Positions 1-13,237 of a stretch of DNA of 64,000 nucleotides are shown in pieces (the stretch's first letter is position 1; the number at the start of each line of letters is the position of its first letter). Position numbers and translations under genes: made by a program. The notes under the pieces were generated by a model that saw nothing but the letters and a program-made list of their open reading frames with translations, was not told the origin of the DNA and did no database searches. Where the stretch lies: NCBI RefSeq assembly GCF_009914755.1, contig NC_060935.1. The stretch is one strand, 5' to 3'. The DNA is from the human T2T-CHM13v2.0 reference genome, Homo sapiens.

Positions 1-1146
<1,146 letters not shown>

Positions 1147-1370
1147 GTGTTCTCTTTTCACCACATCCACGTCAACATCTATTTTTTTTTTTTTTAAATT
1201 ATGACCATTCTTGCAGGACTAAGATGCTATTTCACTGTGGTTTTAATTTGCATTTCCCTGATAATTAGTGATGTGAGTATTTTTTCATATGTTTGTTTAC
1301 CATTTGTATATATCACATTTTCTTTATTCATTCATTCATTGATGAACACTTAGGGTGATTCCACATTTTT
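1147..1370 (-). mobile_element. Older L1 (L1PB/L1MA-like) fragments, antisense; the host into which the L1PA inserted
   Basis: caccacatccacgtcaacatc...gtggttttaatttgcatttccctgataattagtgatg is reverse-complement L1 ORF2 3' region. Confidence 0.75.
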
Positions 1371-1559
1371 GCTTTCACAAGTAAATAATATTTGCTTTCA
1401 CAAATCTATAAATAAAACTAGGGAAGTCTCCTAGTTTTATTTACAGATCTAGGTGGCACTTGCACAGTGTTTATGTCAAGTTAATTCATCAATATGTACT
1501 TTTATGATTTGTGTAACTATCTGTATATATGTTATTCTTTAATAAAAATGTTTACTAAA

Positions 1560-4500
1560 CATATATGCATAGTAGGTAATTAGAGGGAAAATGGATACAT
1601 TTGCCATCATACTGAGTGATATTTAACATACTTCTTGCAATAACTTATAGATCAAGCTAGCAGAAAAGTTAGTAAGCGTATGGATTTAAACATACTTAAC
1701 AAGTTTAATGGCTATATATATATACACACACACATACACACTCTACCAACAATGAACACATCTAGCACATGGAATCTTTGTGAAAATTAACTACATAAAA
1801 GTCCATAAAAAGGAAATCTCCACAAATTACAAAAAATGATACATAGACCATATTCTCTGATGACAGTGCAGTTACGTTAGAAATAAATAGTGAAAAGATA
1901 ACTAACCTCCCACCTTTGTATGTTTGGCAATATAAACAGTATCATTTAAAGTAACTAATCAGTCTGGGGGAAAATAATAGTATAAGTTAATAACTAACTC
2001 AGAAAGATAATAAATATCACAATTTGTGAGATGCAGCTAAAGCAATTCTTAGCAGTATTTATCTTTAAATGCTTGTATTGGAAAAGGTAGATATTTAATG
2101 AGTTAAACATCCAAATAGGGAAGTTAGAAAAAGAACAACAGAATGTATACAAAGAAAGTAAAAGGAATGAAATAGTAAGCATGAAATCGTAAGAACAGAA
2201 ATTCATAAAATAATGAGTAGGGTATAATAGGCAAGATCAAGAAAGCCAAAATTTGATCATTTGAAAATACACCGGGAAGTTTGAGCAAGAAGAAAATGAG
2301 AGAAGGCATAAATATATTAGAAATAAAAAAAGCATATAACAATAAATGCTGCAAAAATTAAAACAGTAGTAACCATTTGTTAACAACTTTATGCCAATAA
2401 AATGGAAAATTAGAGAAAAATGGACAGTTTTCTAAAGCTACATGAATCGCCAAAATGGACTTCAAATAAACAACTATGGTAGTCTTAGCTTCATTAAAGT
2501 GATGAGTTTATGATTGAAAGTCTATTGTACCAGTTAGCTTTTGATATACAGCAAATCAAAACAAAGCTTAATGGCTTAAAACAACAGCCTTTATTTACCT
2601 CACAATTTTGTGCATTAGCAATTTGAGCTGGGCTTACTTTGCTGGATTTTATTCTCCATGGGTTCATTTGTGCATCTTTGATCAGCTGCTGGGGTTTCTG
2701 GGGCCTAGTTGTACTAGGCCTTGAATGGCCTTAGCTGGTATGGCTCATCTCTGCTTCATGTGGCCTCTCGATTTCCAGAAGTCTAGCCCAAACTAGTTTA
2801 CATGATCATGGAATAAAGTTTCAAGAGTCAGAGCAGAAATGTGCATGGCCTTTTGAGGCCTAGGCTTAAAACTTGCACTAGATTACTTTGCTTCATTATA
2901 TTGGCCAAAGCAAGTTACAAGCCCAGCTTAGATTCAAGTGTACTGGAAATAGATTTGACCTTTTGATGGGATATGCTACAAATTCACATTGCACAAGGTA
3001 TGGACACAGTGAGGAGCAAAGGACTGGGATCATTCTGGCAGTCTACCATGTCCCTCCACCAAATAACCACGAGGCTCACACAGTTTTACAGGGGAGTTGT
3101 AGCACACATCCAAGGAAATAATTCCAATCTTAAATAAACTCTTCCAGAGAGGAGAATAAATGAGAATACCACTCATCTAATTTTATGAGCATAGGTCACC
3201 TTGATTTGCAGACTAGATAAGGACCGTATGAGAAGGGAATTGCTTAAGCCAATTTACTTTTGAACAGATTAGATTAAAAAATTTAAACAAAATATTATTA
3301 GCAACCTGTTTATTAGCAGAGTGTATGTATGCGTGTGTGTCTGGGTGTGTGAGAGAGAACAAGTTGATTATTTCAATAGTGAAAATTTGTTTTTATCTTC
3401 AGAAAATTTCTTAATGAAATTGACTACATTAAAGGAGAAAAAAATCCAATGGTCTTCTCAAGAGGCAGAAAAGGCACTAGAAGAAATTCAATACTGACTC
3501 ATTAAAAATTCTTAGCAAACTAGAAATAGAAGGAAACTTCATTAAATTGATAAAAGTACATGAAGTAAACATACATCAAATATCATACTTACAGTTTAAA
3601 TATTAAGAGAATTCCTGTTAAAATCAGGAACCACACAAGAATGACTATTATCAGTGTTTCTATTCAACATTGTACTGGAGGTTCTTACCAGCAAAATAAG
3701 TAAAAATCTTAAGGATTATAATTAAAAAAGTAGTTATTAACTTATATATTGCCTATATATAAAAAATGATCACCAAATTATTAGAATTAGCAAGAGAGTT
3801 CAGAAAGAGTGCTAGATGTAAAGCCAAAGATAAGATCAATTGCATTGCTGAGCAAAAGCAGCATAGTGGCAGCTGCAACAGCAATAACAAAAACTGCAAT
3901 TAAATATTTTATTTATAATATCAAAAGGTGAATCAAATAGGAACAAATCAAATAAAATATATACATGACACTTATAAAGAAAATTATGAAATTTTATGAA
4001 AAACCACTGAAGACCTAACTGGGGAGAAGTACGCTATGTTCTTGGAGAAGAAGGCTTAAAATAATAAAAACGTCTGCTTCTTCCATATTGCTCTCTAGGG
4101 TCAATGAACTTGTAATCAGTTCCCAAGAGGATTTTTTTTTTTTTTCCTGATGGACTCTGACAAGCTGATGCTAAAATTTTTAGGGAAGACCAGAGGCCAA
4201 GAATAACTAAGACATTTTCTGAGGGAGAAAAAGGAAGGGACTTAGCCATCCAGATGTGAAGGCTTATTGTAAAGTTATAGCAATCAGCAGAGTGTGATAT
4301 CACTGCATTAATCAGCACATGAACCAAGAGATCAGAATGGAGAGGCCAGAAATGACCCTTTCGTCATGTGTGGAAACTTGGAAACTTGACACATAACTGA
4401 TGTGGCATTCCTGACCAATGAGGAAAGGATGGATTCATCAATACATGGTTAGGAAAATCAGTTATTTAAAAACATTATATATATATTATAGACACAGACA

Positions 4501-5690
4501 TTGAGTGATGTAATTGATTTTTGTGTACAGTATAAGGAAAAGCTTCAAATATATACCTGGACCCCATACATAAAAATCACTTACAAGTACAATTGAATTA
4601 AATACCTAACTGAAAGCTCAATGTTGAAAGGTTTAGAAGACAACATAAGAACATATCTTCACGATCTCAGTCAGGATAGAGAAGTTCTTAGACAAGATAA
4701 AAAAATGCACAAGTCCTTAAAGAAAATACTGATGGGTTTACTGCATAAAATTCTAAAAAGTGTGACAATACATCAAGGAAGATCTTGACAACAATTAGCA
4801 AAAAAAAAGTATTCATTGAAGAAATGCTGCAAATCAATAAGAAACCTTTTTTTTTTAACTCAATAGGAAGTCAGACAAAAGATATAGAAGGATGGTTTTC
4901 CAAAGTAGAAAACATAAATAACCAGTGAACATATTGAAAGTAATTCAAGTTCACTAGTTATCTTGGAAATGCAAATTAAAACCATTATGAAAAACCATTT
5001 CTTCACCCATTAGCCTGGCAAAAGTGAAAAACCATCTGACAATGCTATGTGTAGGGGAAGTCATTGAGCAATGGATTCTTACCCATTGTGTTGGAAACTT
5101 GAATTGGTGGAACCAATAGAGAGGGAAATTTGGGGATCCTTGTAATGTGCATACATTTGGACATAGGAGCCCAACTCTTTGGTATAAACGTTGAAGAAAC
5201 TCTTGGTCATATACCCAGGTATATATGTATAAGCATCATCACAGGACTTTTTTTTTTGTTTTGGTAATTTCAAAAACTTGGAAAAAACCTAATTGTCCAT
5301 CAATAGGAGAATGTTTAAATACGTTGTAGTAGAGACATAGAAACATAAAAATCAGTGAAATTGAACAAAAATTGATGAATTGCTAAAGTAATTTTAAATG
5401 AAAAAGCTAGCAGAAGGATAAAATTACAGTATTAAATCATGTATATATTTCAAAATGCAAGATAATTCCATATACAGCTTATTGATACATCCATATATAT
5501 ACAAAGAAAAATGCATAGAAGTGATAAACACTAAATTTAGAATAGTTTACTTCTGAGAGGAGGAAATGGGAGTTTTATTAGGGTTGTGAACCCAGAAGAC
5601 TTCAACTATATTGAGGATATTTTATTTCTCAAGTGTTTGCTATATGTTGTTTTGTACATCATAAATATTCAAAATGTTTAAAATGGCATA
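1560..5690 (+). mobile_element. Ancient degenerate L1M (L1ME-like) ORF2 and 3' region, interrupted by an MLT1 LTR
   Basis: A-rich, with recognisable L1 ORF2 motifs (tctattcaacattgtactggaggttctt; gaaatgcaaattaaaacca); no intact ORF; boundaries approximate. Confidence 0.7.
2526..3048 (-). mobile_element. MLT1-family MaLR solo LTR
   Basis: Begins tgtaccagttagc...ttaatggcttaaaacaac; internal ttggccaaagcaagttacaagcccagc typical of old MLT1. Confidence 0.7.
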
Positions 5691-5924
5691 CTTTTTCAGG
5701 GTGATAATCCACATATATATGTGAATATATGTATATATGTGTGTGTGTATATATGTATATGTATATAATTTTGCCATGTTTCCAAGAATGAACAGAAATT
5801 CATCCAAGTGTCTCAGTTTAAAACTGAACTCACATTCAATGCAATGGTGTGTCTTGTTCTGTAGCTAGTTACTTCCTGGTGAAGCTCTCCTTTTCTTGTG
5901 GGTCCTGGATCTGTAATGAAGGGC

Positions 5925-6100
5925 AATGACTGGTTCTCAGTCCTGAAAAGACATTAAAATCATATTAGAAGACTTTAAAAATCAAATTATTGTGTACACT
6001 TAGACCTCCTCATTGAGAATCTGAACAGTAGGGTCTAAGAACTGACACATTTTTTTCACAACCGTCTTATTGGTTTTGATTTATTCAGTTTGAAGGCTCA
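5925..6100. mobile_element. MER5-like hAT-Charlie fossil
   Basis: ctggttctcagtcctg...aatc...gagaatctg...gggtctaagaa resembles degraded MER5B. Confidence 0.45.
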
Positions 6101-6229
6101 AATTTGAGTGCACTGACATACAGGAAATATGTGTTGATGGCCTAGATTATGGTTTTGCCTTATCTCTATAAGGAGCCCACAAATCTAACATATGGTCAGT
6201 AATTAGCTTCTAATTAGTGACTTTTTAGA

Positions 6230-6296
6230 TTAGTTGTTCTCTAACTTTAGATTGCATACAAATATCCTGGAAGGCTTGTTAAAACACAAGTAGCTG
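6230..6296. mobile_element. MER5A first part (split by the L1M insertion)
   Basis: tagttgttctctaactttag...tcctggaaggcttgttaaaacaca matches one end of MER5A. Confidence 0.7.
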
Positions 6297-6683
6297 GATG
6301 TCAACAAAATGTTAGAGTAGAAAACCTGAAGCTGCTGTTTCTCGACAGAAACACTGAAAAACAAGCAGAAATTGTCAGAACCAACTTTGTTGGAACTTAG
6401 GAAAATAGTCAGAGGTTTATAGCAACCGAGTGAATGCTGAATCAAGAAAAAGGCAACCTTAAAACAGTAGGAAAGCTGTGAGGCATGTTTACTTGCCTTT
6501 TGTACCATACCATTTATAACCCAGTGGCAGTCCTGAAAGATTTCAGCCCATGTTCCTAGTGTAGGACAACAGTCTCTGGTTGTGGAGTGAGCAGAGCAGA
6601 CCTTATTCACAAATTATTTTGCATATCTATTCTAACTATCTGGGACTATGTGAAGAACTGATAAAAGGTACTTGTAACTCAGA

Positions 6684-6803
6684 ACGAGTTAGTGGGTGCA
6701 GCGCACCAGCATGGCACATGCATACATATGTAACTAACCTGCACAATGTGCACATGTACCCTAAAACTTAAAGTATAATAAATAAATAAAAAAAAAAAGA
6801 AAA
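6684..6803 (+). mobile_element. Very short 5'-truncated young L1 (L1PA2-like)
   Basis: CGAGTTAGTGGGTGCAGCGCACCAGCATGG...CACAATGTG...CTTAAAGTATAAT plus polyA; GAG (not ACA/ACG) and CTTAAAG (not CTTAGAG) argue against L1HS; CpGs intact. Confidence 0.85.
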
Positions 6804-6817
6804 AAGTGGCAGGCATT

Positions 6818-7003
6818 GATTTATTGCATATTTCAAAATAGCTACAAGAGAAGATTTGGAATGTTCCCAACACGAATAAATAACTAATGTTTGAAGTGAC
6901 AGTTATCCCAATTATCCTGATATGATCATTATATATTGTATGCACGTACCAAATATCAAATGTACCCAATACATAGGTACAATTATTATGTGTTAATTTA
7001 AGA
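6818..7003 (+). mobile_element. L1MA 3' end fragment
   Basis: atttattgcatatttcaaaatagctacaagagaagatttggaatgttcccaacac... is an L1MA-type 3'UTR. Confidence 0.75.
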
Positions 7004-7374
7004 AAACATTTCAAATCTAACAAACACCATGTGTCTGCCTGGGGCCAAAGAGTATGGTTGAGACATATAGTAGATCATGTAAAGCAAAGAGAAAATGCTG
7101 GAAAAAGGGTTTCTTTGGACAATTAGAACATTCAAAATCACCTGTGTGTTCAAGGAATTTAGAAAGCCATATGCATGCCTAGGGCAAGAGGTAAGGTCAG
7201 AAAAGACTTGAGAACACCCAAAGCTTTCATCTTTGGCTGATCCCTAGGATCAGTGTAAGCCTGGCTAAGTGTTGAAGGAGGGTCCCAGCACGGAGAAAAT
7301 CTGCAAAGGTTGGAGGAGTCTCTCTCTCTTTCTTGTTTTTGGTTGCTGACATTCAAGGAAATCCCTGTCAAAAT

Positions 7375-7710
7375 TTTTTTTTAAGTTTTTTTTTCTTTCT
7401 TTCTTTTTTCTTCTTTTGAGACAGGGTCTCATTCTGTTGCCCAAGCTGGAGGACAATGATATGATCATGGCTCACTGCAGCCTTGACCTCCTGGGCTCGT
7501 GTAATCATCCCATTTTAGCTTCCTAAGAAGCTAGGACTACAGGCACATGTGACCATGCCTGGCTAATTTTTAATTTTTTTTTTTTTTTTTCACAGAGACA
7601 AAGTCTCACTGTGTTGCCCAGGCAGGTCTCAAACTCCTGGCCTCCAGCAATCCTCTTTCCACAGCCTATCAGAGTGTTGGGATTACAGGTGTGAGCCACC
7701 TTGCCTGGCC
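7375..7710 (-). mobile_element. AluJ
   Basis: Reverse Alu with J diagnostics (gatcatggctcactgcagccttgacctcctgggctc). Confidence 0.9.
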
Positions 7711-9790
7711 CAAAATACTTTATAACATAAGATTAGGAACAGAGATTTCAGTTACTACACATGACTAGAAATACAGTCTCTGCAAAAATAGTTTGGTAAG
7801 CCACTAAAGAAATGGACTACTGTAGTATTCAACAATAAAAAACAAAGAAAAACAAAACTCAGCAAACCCCAGTAAAGGGGCAGATCTGTTCTCCAGTGTT
7901 AATACATTATAACATCCAAATGTTCAGTGTTCAAATAAAGTCACAGGCAAACAAAGAAAGAGGAAAGTATTGTCATTCAAAGGAACAAAATAAATGAATA
8001 GAAACTATTCCTGAGGAAGCACAGATGTTGAACTTACTGTACAGACTTTAAAATAACTGTCTCTAATGTGCTTAAAGAGCTAGATGAAAACATGGATAAA
8101 GAAATAAGTCAGGAAAATGATGTATAAAAAAATGAGAATATCAATGAAGAGATATAAATTATAAAAAGGAACCAAACAGATACTCTGCAGCTGAGAAGTA
8201 CAACTGGAATAAAACACTTACTAGAGGGATGCAAGAGAAGATTTGAGCAGGCTGAAGAATGAGTAATGGAACTTAAAGATAAGATCATTGAAATTAACAA
8301 GGCTGTGGAGCAAAAAGAAAAATGAATAAAGAAAAATGAACAAGGCCTGAGGGATCTATCTGTAGGACATTATCAAATAGACTAATGTATGCACCGGGGG
8401 TGTCTCAGATGGAGAAGATAGAAAGTACTGGAAAGAAAATTTGGAACAATAATGGTTAAAACTTTTAACATTTGATGAAATATATGAATCTATGTATCCA
8501 AGAAGTTTAGCAAACTGTAAGTAAGATAAACTCAAAGGTATCCACACTGAGACACGTTATGATAAAACCATCAAAAGATAAACGCAAAGAGAATCTTGAG
8601 AGCAGAAAGCAAGACATGACTGTCAAATACAAGGACTTCTTCATGAGATTAGCAGTAAATTTATCATCAGAAACCATGGAGACCAGAAGGCAATGGGTTG
8701 TCATATTTAAAGTAGGGTCATTACTACTGACCTTACAGAAATTAAAAGGATTAAAATAGAAGACTATGAATAATTATATGAAAACAAATTAGATAACCTA
8801 GATGAAATGGACAAATTCCTAGAAACACATAACCAACCAGGACTGGATCATGAAGAAGACCGGATCATGAAGAATTAGAAAATCTGAAGAGACTTATAAT
8901 AAGTAAAGTGTTTGAACTGGTAACAAAAATCTCTCAATCAAGTAAAGTCTGGGACCAGATGGCTTCACTGGTGAATTGCAACAAACATTCAAACAAGAAT
9001 GAACATCAATCCTTCTTAAACTCTTCCAAAAAATTGAAGTGGAGAAACATTTCCTAACTCATTCTATGAGGTCAGAATTACTATAATACCAAAGCAGATA
9101 AGGACATCATAAGCAAAGAAAATTACAGACCAGTATCTCTTATGAATGTAGAGGCAACATTTCTCAACAAAATACAAATGAACTGAATCCAACAGTGTAT
9201 TAAAAGGATTATGCACTATGCCCAAGTGGGATTTATCCCAGGAGAATGGTTTAACATAAGAAAAGTCAAGCAATATTATATGCCACATTAATAGAATAAA
9301 GGAAAAAAAGCCCTACAGGATCATCTCAATTGACACAGAAAACGCATCTGACAAAATCCAATATCTTGTCATGATAAAAACACTCAGAAAATGAGCAACA
9401 TATGGAAACTTTCTTAACGTAATAAAGGGCATTAATGAAAAACTCAGAGCTAGCATTATACTCAATAGTGAAAGACTCAAAGTTTTCCTCTTAAAATCAG
9501 GAACAAGGCAAAGATATCACCACTGCTATTTAACACTGTACTGGAATTTCTAGCCAGTGCAAATGGGCAAGAAAAATAAGTAAATGCATTCAAATTGGAA
9601 AAGAAGTAAAACTATCTCTACTCACAGATGCCATGATTCTATGTATAGAAGTTAGACCCCCTACTTCACACCACATATAAAAATGATCTCAAAATCAACT
9701 AACATTCTAAATATAATAGCTACAACCACTAAATCTTAGAATAAAAAGTAGAGGTAAATATCTATGGGCTTGCATTTTACAATGGATTCT

Positions 9791-9825
9791 GTGACTCCAT
9801 CTCAAAAAAAAAAAAAAAAAAAAAA
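9791..9825 (+). repeat. Orphan Alu 3' terminus plus pure A22
   Basis: GTGACTCCATCTC followed by A22, with no Alu body upstream. Confidence 0.65.
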
Positions 9826-10237
9826 TTTCTTCATCAAAAGAGATTATTAAGGATGTGAAAACAAAACCAAAAAAAGGAAGAAAGTATTTTTAAATTATGT
9901 ATCTTATAAAAATTTAATGTCCAGAGTATACAAAGTACTCCTATAACTGAACAAAATGACAACCCAACTGAAAAATGGGCAAATGATCTGAATACACATT
10001 TCTCCAAAGAAGATATACAAATGGCCAATAAGCACATGAAAAGATACTCAACATCTTTAGTCATTAGGAAAATTCAAATTAAACCTCCAATAATATATCA
10101 CTTCATACCCCACCAGTTATAATTTTTAAATAAAATTCCCATCCTATTAGAAAATAAGGGGAAAATAAGTGTTGGTGAGGTTGTGGAAAATTTGGAACTC
10201 TTGTATATTGCTGGTGGAAATATAAAATCATGTAGCT

Positions 10238-11309
10238 TGATGAAAATACCAAAAGCAATTGGAACAGAATCCAAAATTGACAAATGGGATGTAATTAAAC
10301 TAAAGAGCTTCTGCACAGCAAAAGAAACTATCATCAGAGTGAACAGGCATCCAACAGAGTGGGAGAAAATTTTTGCAGTCTACTTACTGACAAAAGTCTA
10401 ATATCCAGAATTTACAAGGAACTTAAACATATTTATGAGAAAAACTTCATCACAAAGTGGGCAAAAGAGATGAACAGACACTTCTCAAAGGAAGACATTT
10501 ACACGGCCAAAAAACGTATGAAAAAGAGTTAAACATCACTGATCATCAGAGAAATGCAAATCAAAATGATAATGAGATACCATCTTACGCCAGTCAGAAT
10601 GGCGATTATTAAAAAGGCAAGAAACAATAGATCCTGGTGAGGCTGTGGAGAAATACGAACATTTTTATGCTATTGGTGGGAATGTAAATTAGTTCAACCA
10701 TTGTGGAAGACAGTATGGCAATTCTTCAAAGATATAAAACCAGAAATACCATTTGACCCAGGAATCCCATTGCTGGGTATATAGCCAAAGGAATATAAGT
10801 CAATCTGCTGAAAAGACACATGCACACGTATGTTTATTACAGCACTATTCACAATAGCAAAGACATGGAACTAACCCAAATTCTCAACAATGATAGACTA
10901 TTTGATAAAGAAAATGTGGTACATATACACCAGGGAGTACTACACAGCCATAAAAAGGGACACGATCATGTTCTTTGCAGGGACATGGATGAAGCTGGAA
11001 GCCATCATCTTCAGCAAACTAACACAGAAGGAGAAAACCAAACACCACATGTTCTCACTCATAAGTGGGAGTTGAACAATGAGAACACATGGGCACAGAG
11101 AGGGGAACATCACACACTGGGGCCTGTTGCGGGATGGGGGAAAGGGGAGGGAATTTAGAGGACAGGTCAATAATACATCAAGCCCCCATGGCACACGTAT
11201 ACCTATGTAACAAACCTGCACATTCTGCACATGTATCCTGGAACTTAAAGTAAAATTTAAAAATAAAATTTAAAGTAAAAATAAAATTTTGATTAAAAAA
11301 GTTAAAAAA
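10238..11309 (+). mobile_element. 5'-truncated L1PA (PA8-PA10-like) nested in the L1MB, 15-bp TSD
   Basis: ORF 10183..10401 [19 protein letters not shown]; TSD taaaatcatgtagct (10223-10237) / taaaatcacgcagct (11310-11324). Confidence 0.9.
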
Positions 11310-11912
11310 TAAAATCACGCAGCTGCTGTGGAAAACAGTTTGTTGGTTCCTCAAAAATTTAAACACAGAATTACATGTAATCCAGCAATTCCTCTCCTAG
11401 GTTTATAGGTAAGAGAATTGAAAACAGGGACTCAAACAGACACTTGTATGTCAGTGTTCACTGCAGCCTTATTCAAAATACACAAAAGATGGAATGAAGC
11501 CAAATGTCTACCCATGTATGAATGGATAAAGAAAACTTGGTATATGTATCCAGTGGGATATTATTCATCCATAAGAAAGGAATGAAGTTCTGATACGTAC
11601 TACAGTGTGGATAAGCCCTAAAAACTATGCTATGTGAAGGAACCATGCACAAAAGGACAACTATTCTTTAATTCCACTTATATGAAATATCAAAAATAGG
11701 CAAATTTATTGAGACAGAAAGTAAATTAATGGTTAACAGGGGATGGTGGCGGGAGTCATGGGAGTTATTGCTTAATGGTTACAGAGTTTTTGTTGAGGCA
11801 ATAGAAAAGTTTGATTAATAGTGGTGATGGTTGCATAACACTGTGAATGTATTTAATGCCACTGAATTGTGCACTTAAAATGTTTATAATGGAAAATTTT
11901 AAAAAAACAAAA

Positions 11913-12045
11913 CAAAACAGGTAGCCTGGTCCTATTTCCAAAGTCTGATTCAGTGGACCTAGGTTGGGACCCAAATCTTTTCATTTCTAACAAGCTGCCA
12001 GGTGATGGTGATGCTGCTGGTTCTGGGACATGCTTTAGACAGAAA
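11913..12045. mobile_element. MER5A second part
   Basis: tctgattcagtggacctaggttgggaccc...catttctaacaag...caggtgatggtgatgctgctggt. Confidence 0.8.
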
Positions 12046-12504
12046 CATAACAAGAACTCCAGGGCCGGGAAGAAGAATCTTGGTTTCAAGGGATGGAGAT
12101 CTGAGTTTGAATCCTGAACATACCTCTTTATTATAGCTGTTGAACTTGTGTTGCTTTGCTTTTTGAAGCCAATGAAGTTAACTCTCTTGCTTAAATTCTT
12201 TTAGTGACTCTCTATTGCATGTCAAACCAGCGTAAGATCTGGTCCTTGCTGTCCTCTGCAACCTTCTCTCATGCCATTTTCTCTTCTGCCCACCATGCCT
12301 CAGCCACACTACTCTTTTTATAGTTCCTTGAACATAACAGGGCCTTTTCACCTGCTTGTGCCCAGGACAGTTTTCATTCGGTTGTTTGAAATGTTGTCTT
12401 CTTTATTTTTCTAAATTAATTATAATTTGTATTTTAAGTGCTAGGGTACATGTGCAGGATATTTTCCTGGAGCACCCTCTCTTTGCAGGTCCGTCACCAT
12501 TACT

Positions 12505-13022
12505 GCATATATCGGTTAGCTATTGCTGCACAACAAACCCCCAAAACTCAGGGGCTTATGTCAGTAACCTCACAGGTCTGCTCAAAAATTGTGTTGATAA
12601 GGATCGGTCTTGGTTGATCCCCTCTAGATTTACTCATATGCCTGTAGCTGGCTGGTGGAGTTGGCCAAAGGCTGACTTAACTGGGATAGTCTCAGTGCCA
12701 TGGTGATTAACTCCTGGCTGGGGCAATGTTGACGACTGGACCATGTGTCTTTCATTATCTAACAGGCCAGCCTGGGCTTGTTCCCGTGGTGCTCGGCAAT
12801 GTTTCAAGGTAGAGTAGATGTTCACAAGACCCTTGAGGCCTAGGCTGGGAACTGGCACACCATCACTTCCACAGTGCTTTACTGATCAAAGCAAGTCACA
12901 AGACTAGCCCCAGACTTAAGGGATGGGGAAACAGACTCCCCCTCTTGAAGTGAGGGTGTACAAAGTCACTGTTCAAAATGTGTGAGTACAAATGGGGAAT
13001 CAATTTGCAATCATTCTATCAC
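12505..13022 (-). mobile_element. MLT1-family MaLR solo LTR
   Basis: gttagctattgctgcacaacaaacccccaaaactcag...tcaaagcaagtcacaagactagccc. Confidence 0.7.
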
Positions 13023-13085
13023 ATACTTTCCAACTGAAACATCTCCATTTCCGGCCCCGCACTCACCACAGTTTGAGAGTGTAGG

Positions 13086-13237
13086 CAGGGCTGGCTTCAT
13101 GGGCCATCAACCTGAGCAGTCCCAGGGGGGCCGTGCTTAGAAAGGTCCTGTGATTAGATTACTGCCCTGCTGTTGCCCTCTTCAATTGTTTAGTAAATTT
13201 TGAACAAGGGACTCTGCAAATTATGTAGCAGGTTCTA
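13086..13237 (+). mobile_element. MER45A (hAT-Tip100) MITE
   Basis: cagggctggcttcatggg...ttttgaacaaggg...gcaaattatgtagc with terminal inverted repeats. Confidence 0.75.

Larger units (their letters stand above)
6297..11912 (+). mobile_element. L1MB-like element with 5'UTR, partial ORF1/ORF2 and 3' end; internally deleted; hosts nested insertions
   Basis: 5' gatgtcaacaaaatg...; ORF1-like 7960-8710; ORF2-like 8714-10200; L1MB-type 3' end ttaatgccactgaattgtgcacttaaaa plus A tail; flanked by the two parts of MER5A. Confidence 0.78.

Noticed and set aside
6684-6803. Active-lineage L1HS-Ta insertion
   Set aside because: Has GAG rather than ACA/ACG and CTTAAAG rather than CTTAGAG at the 3'UTR diagnostic sites
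10098-11366. Cluster of 60-112 aa ORFs
   Set aside because: All derive from the nested truncated L1PA and its host L1
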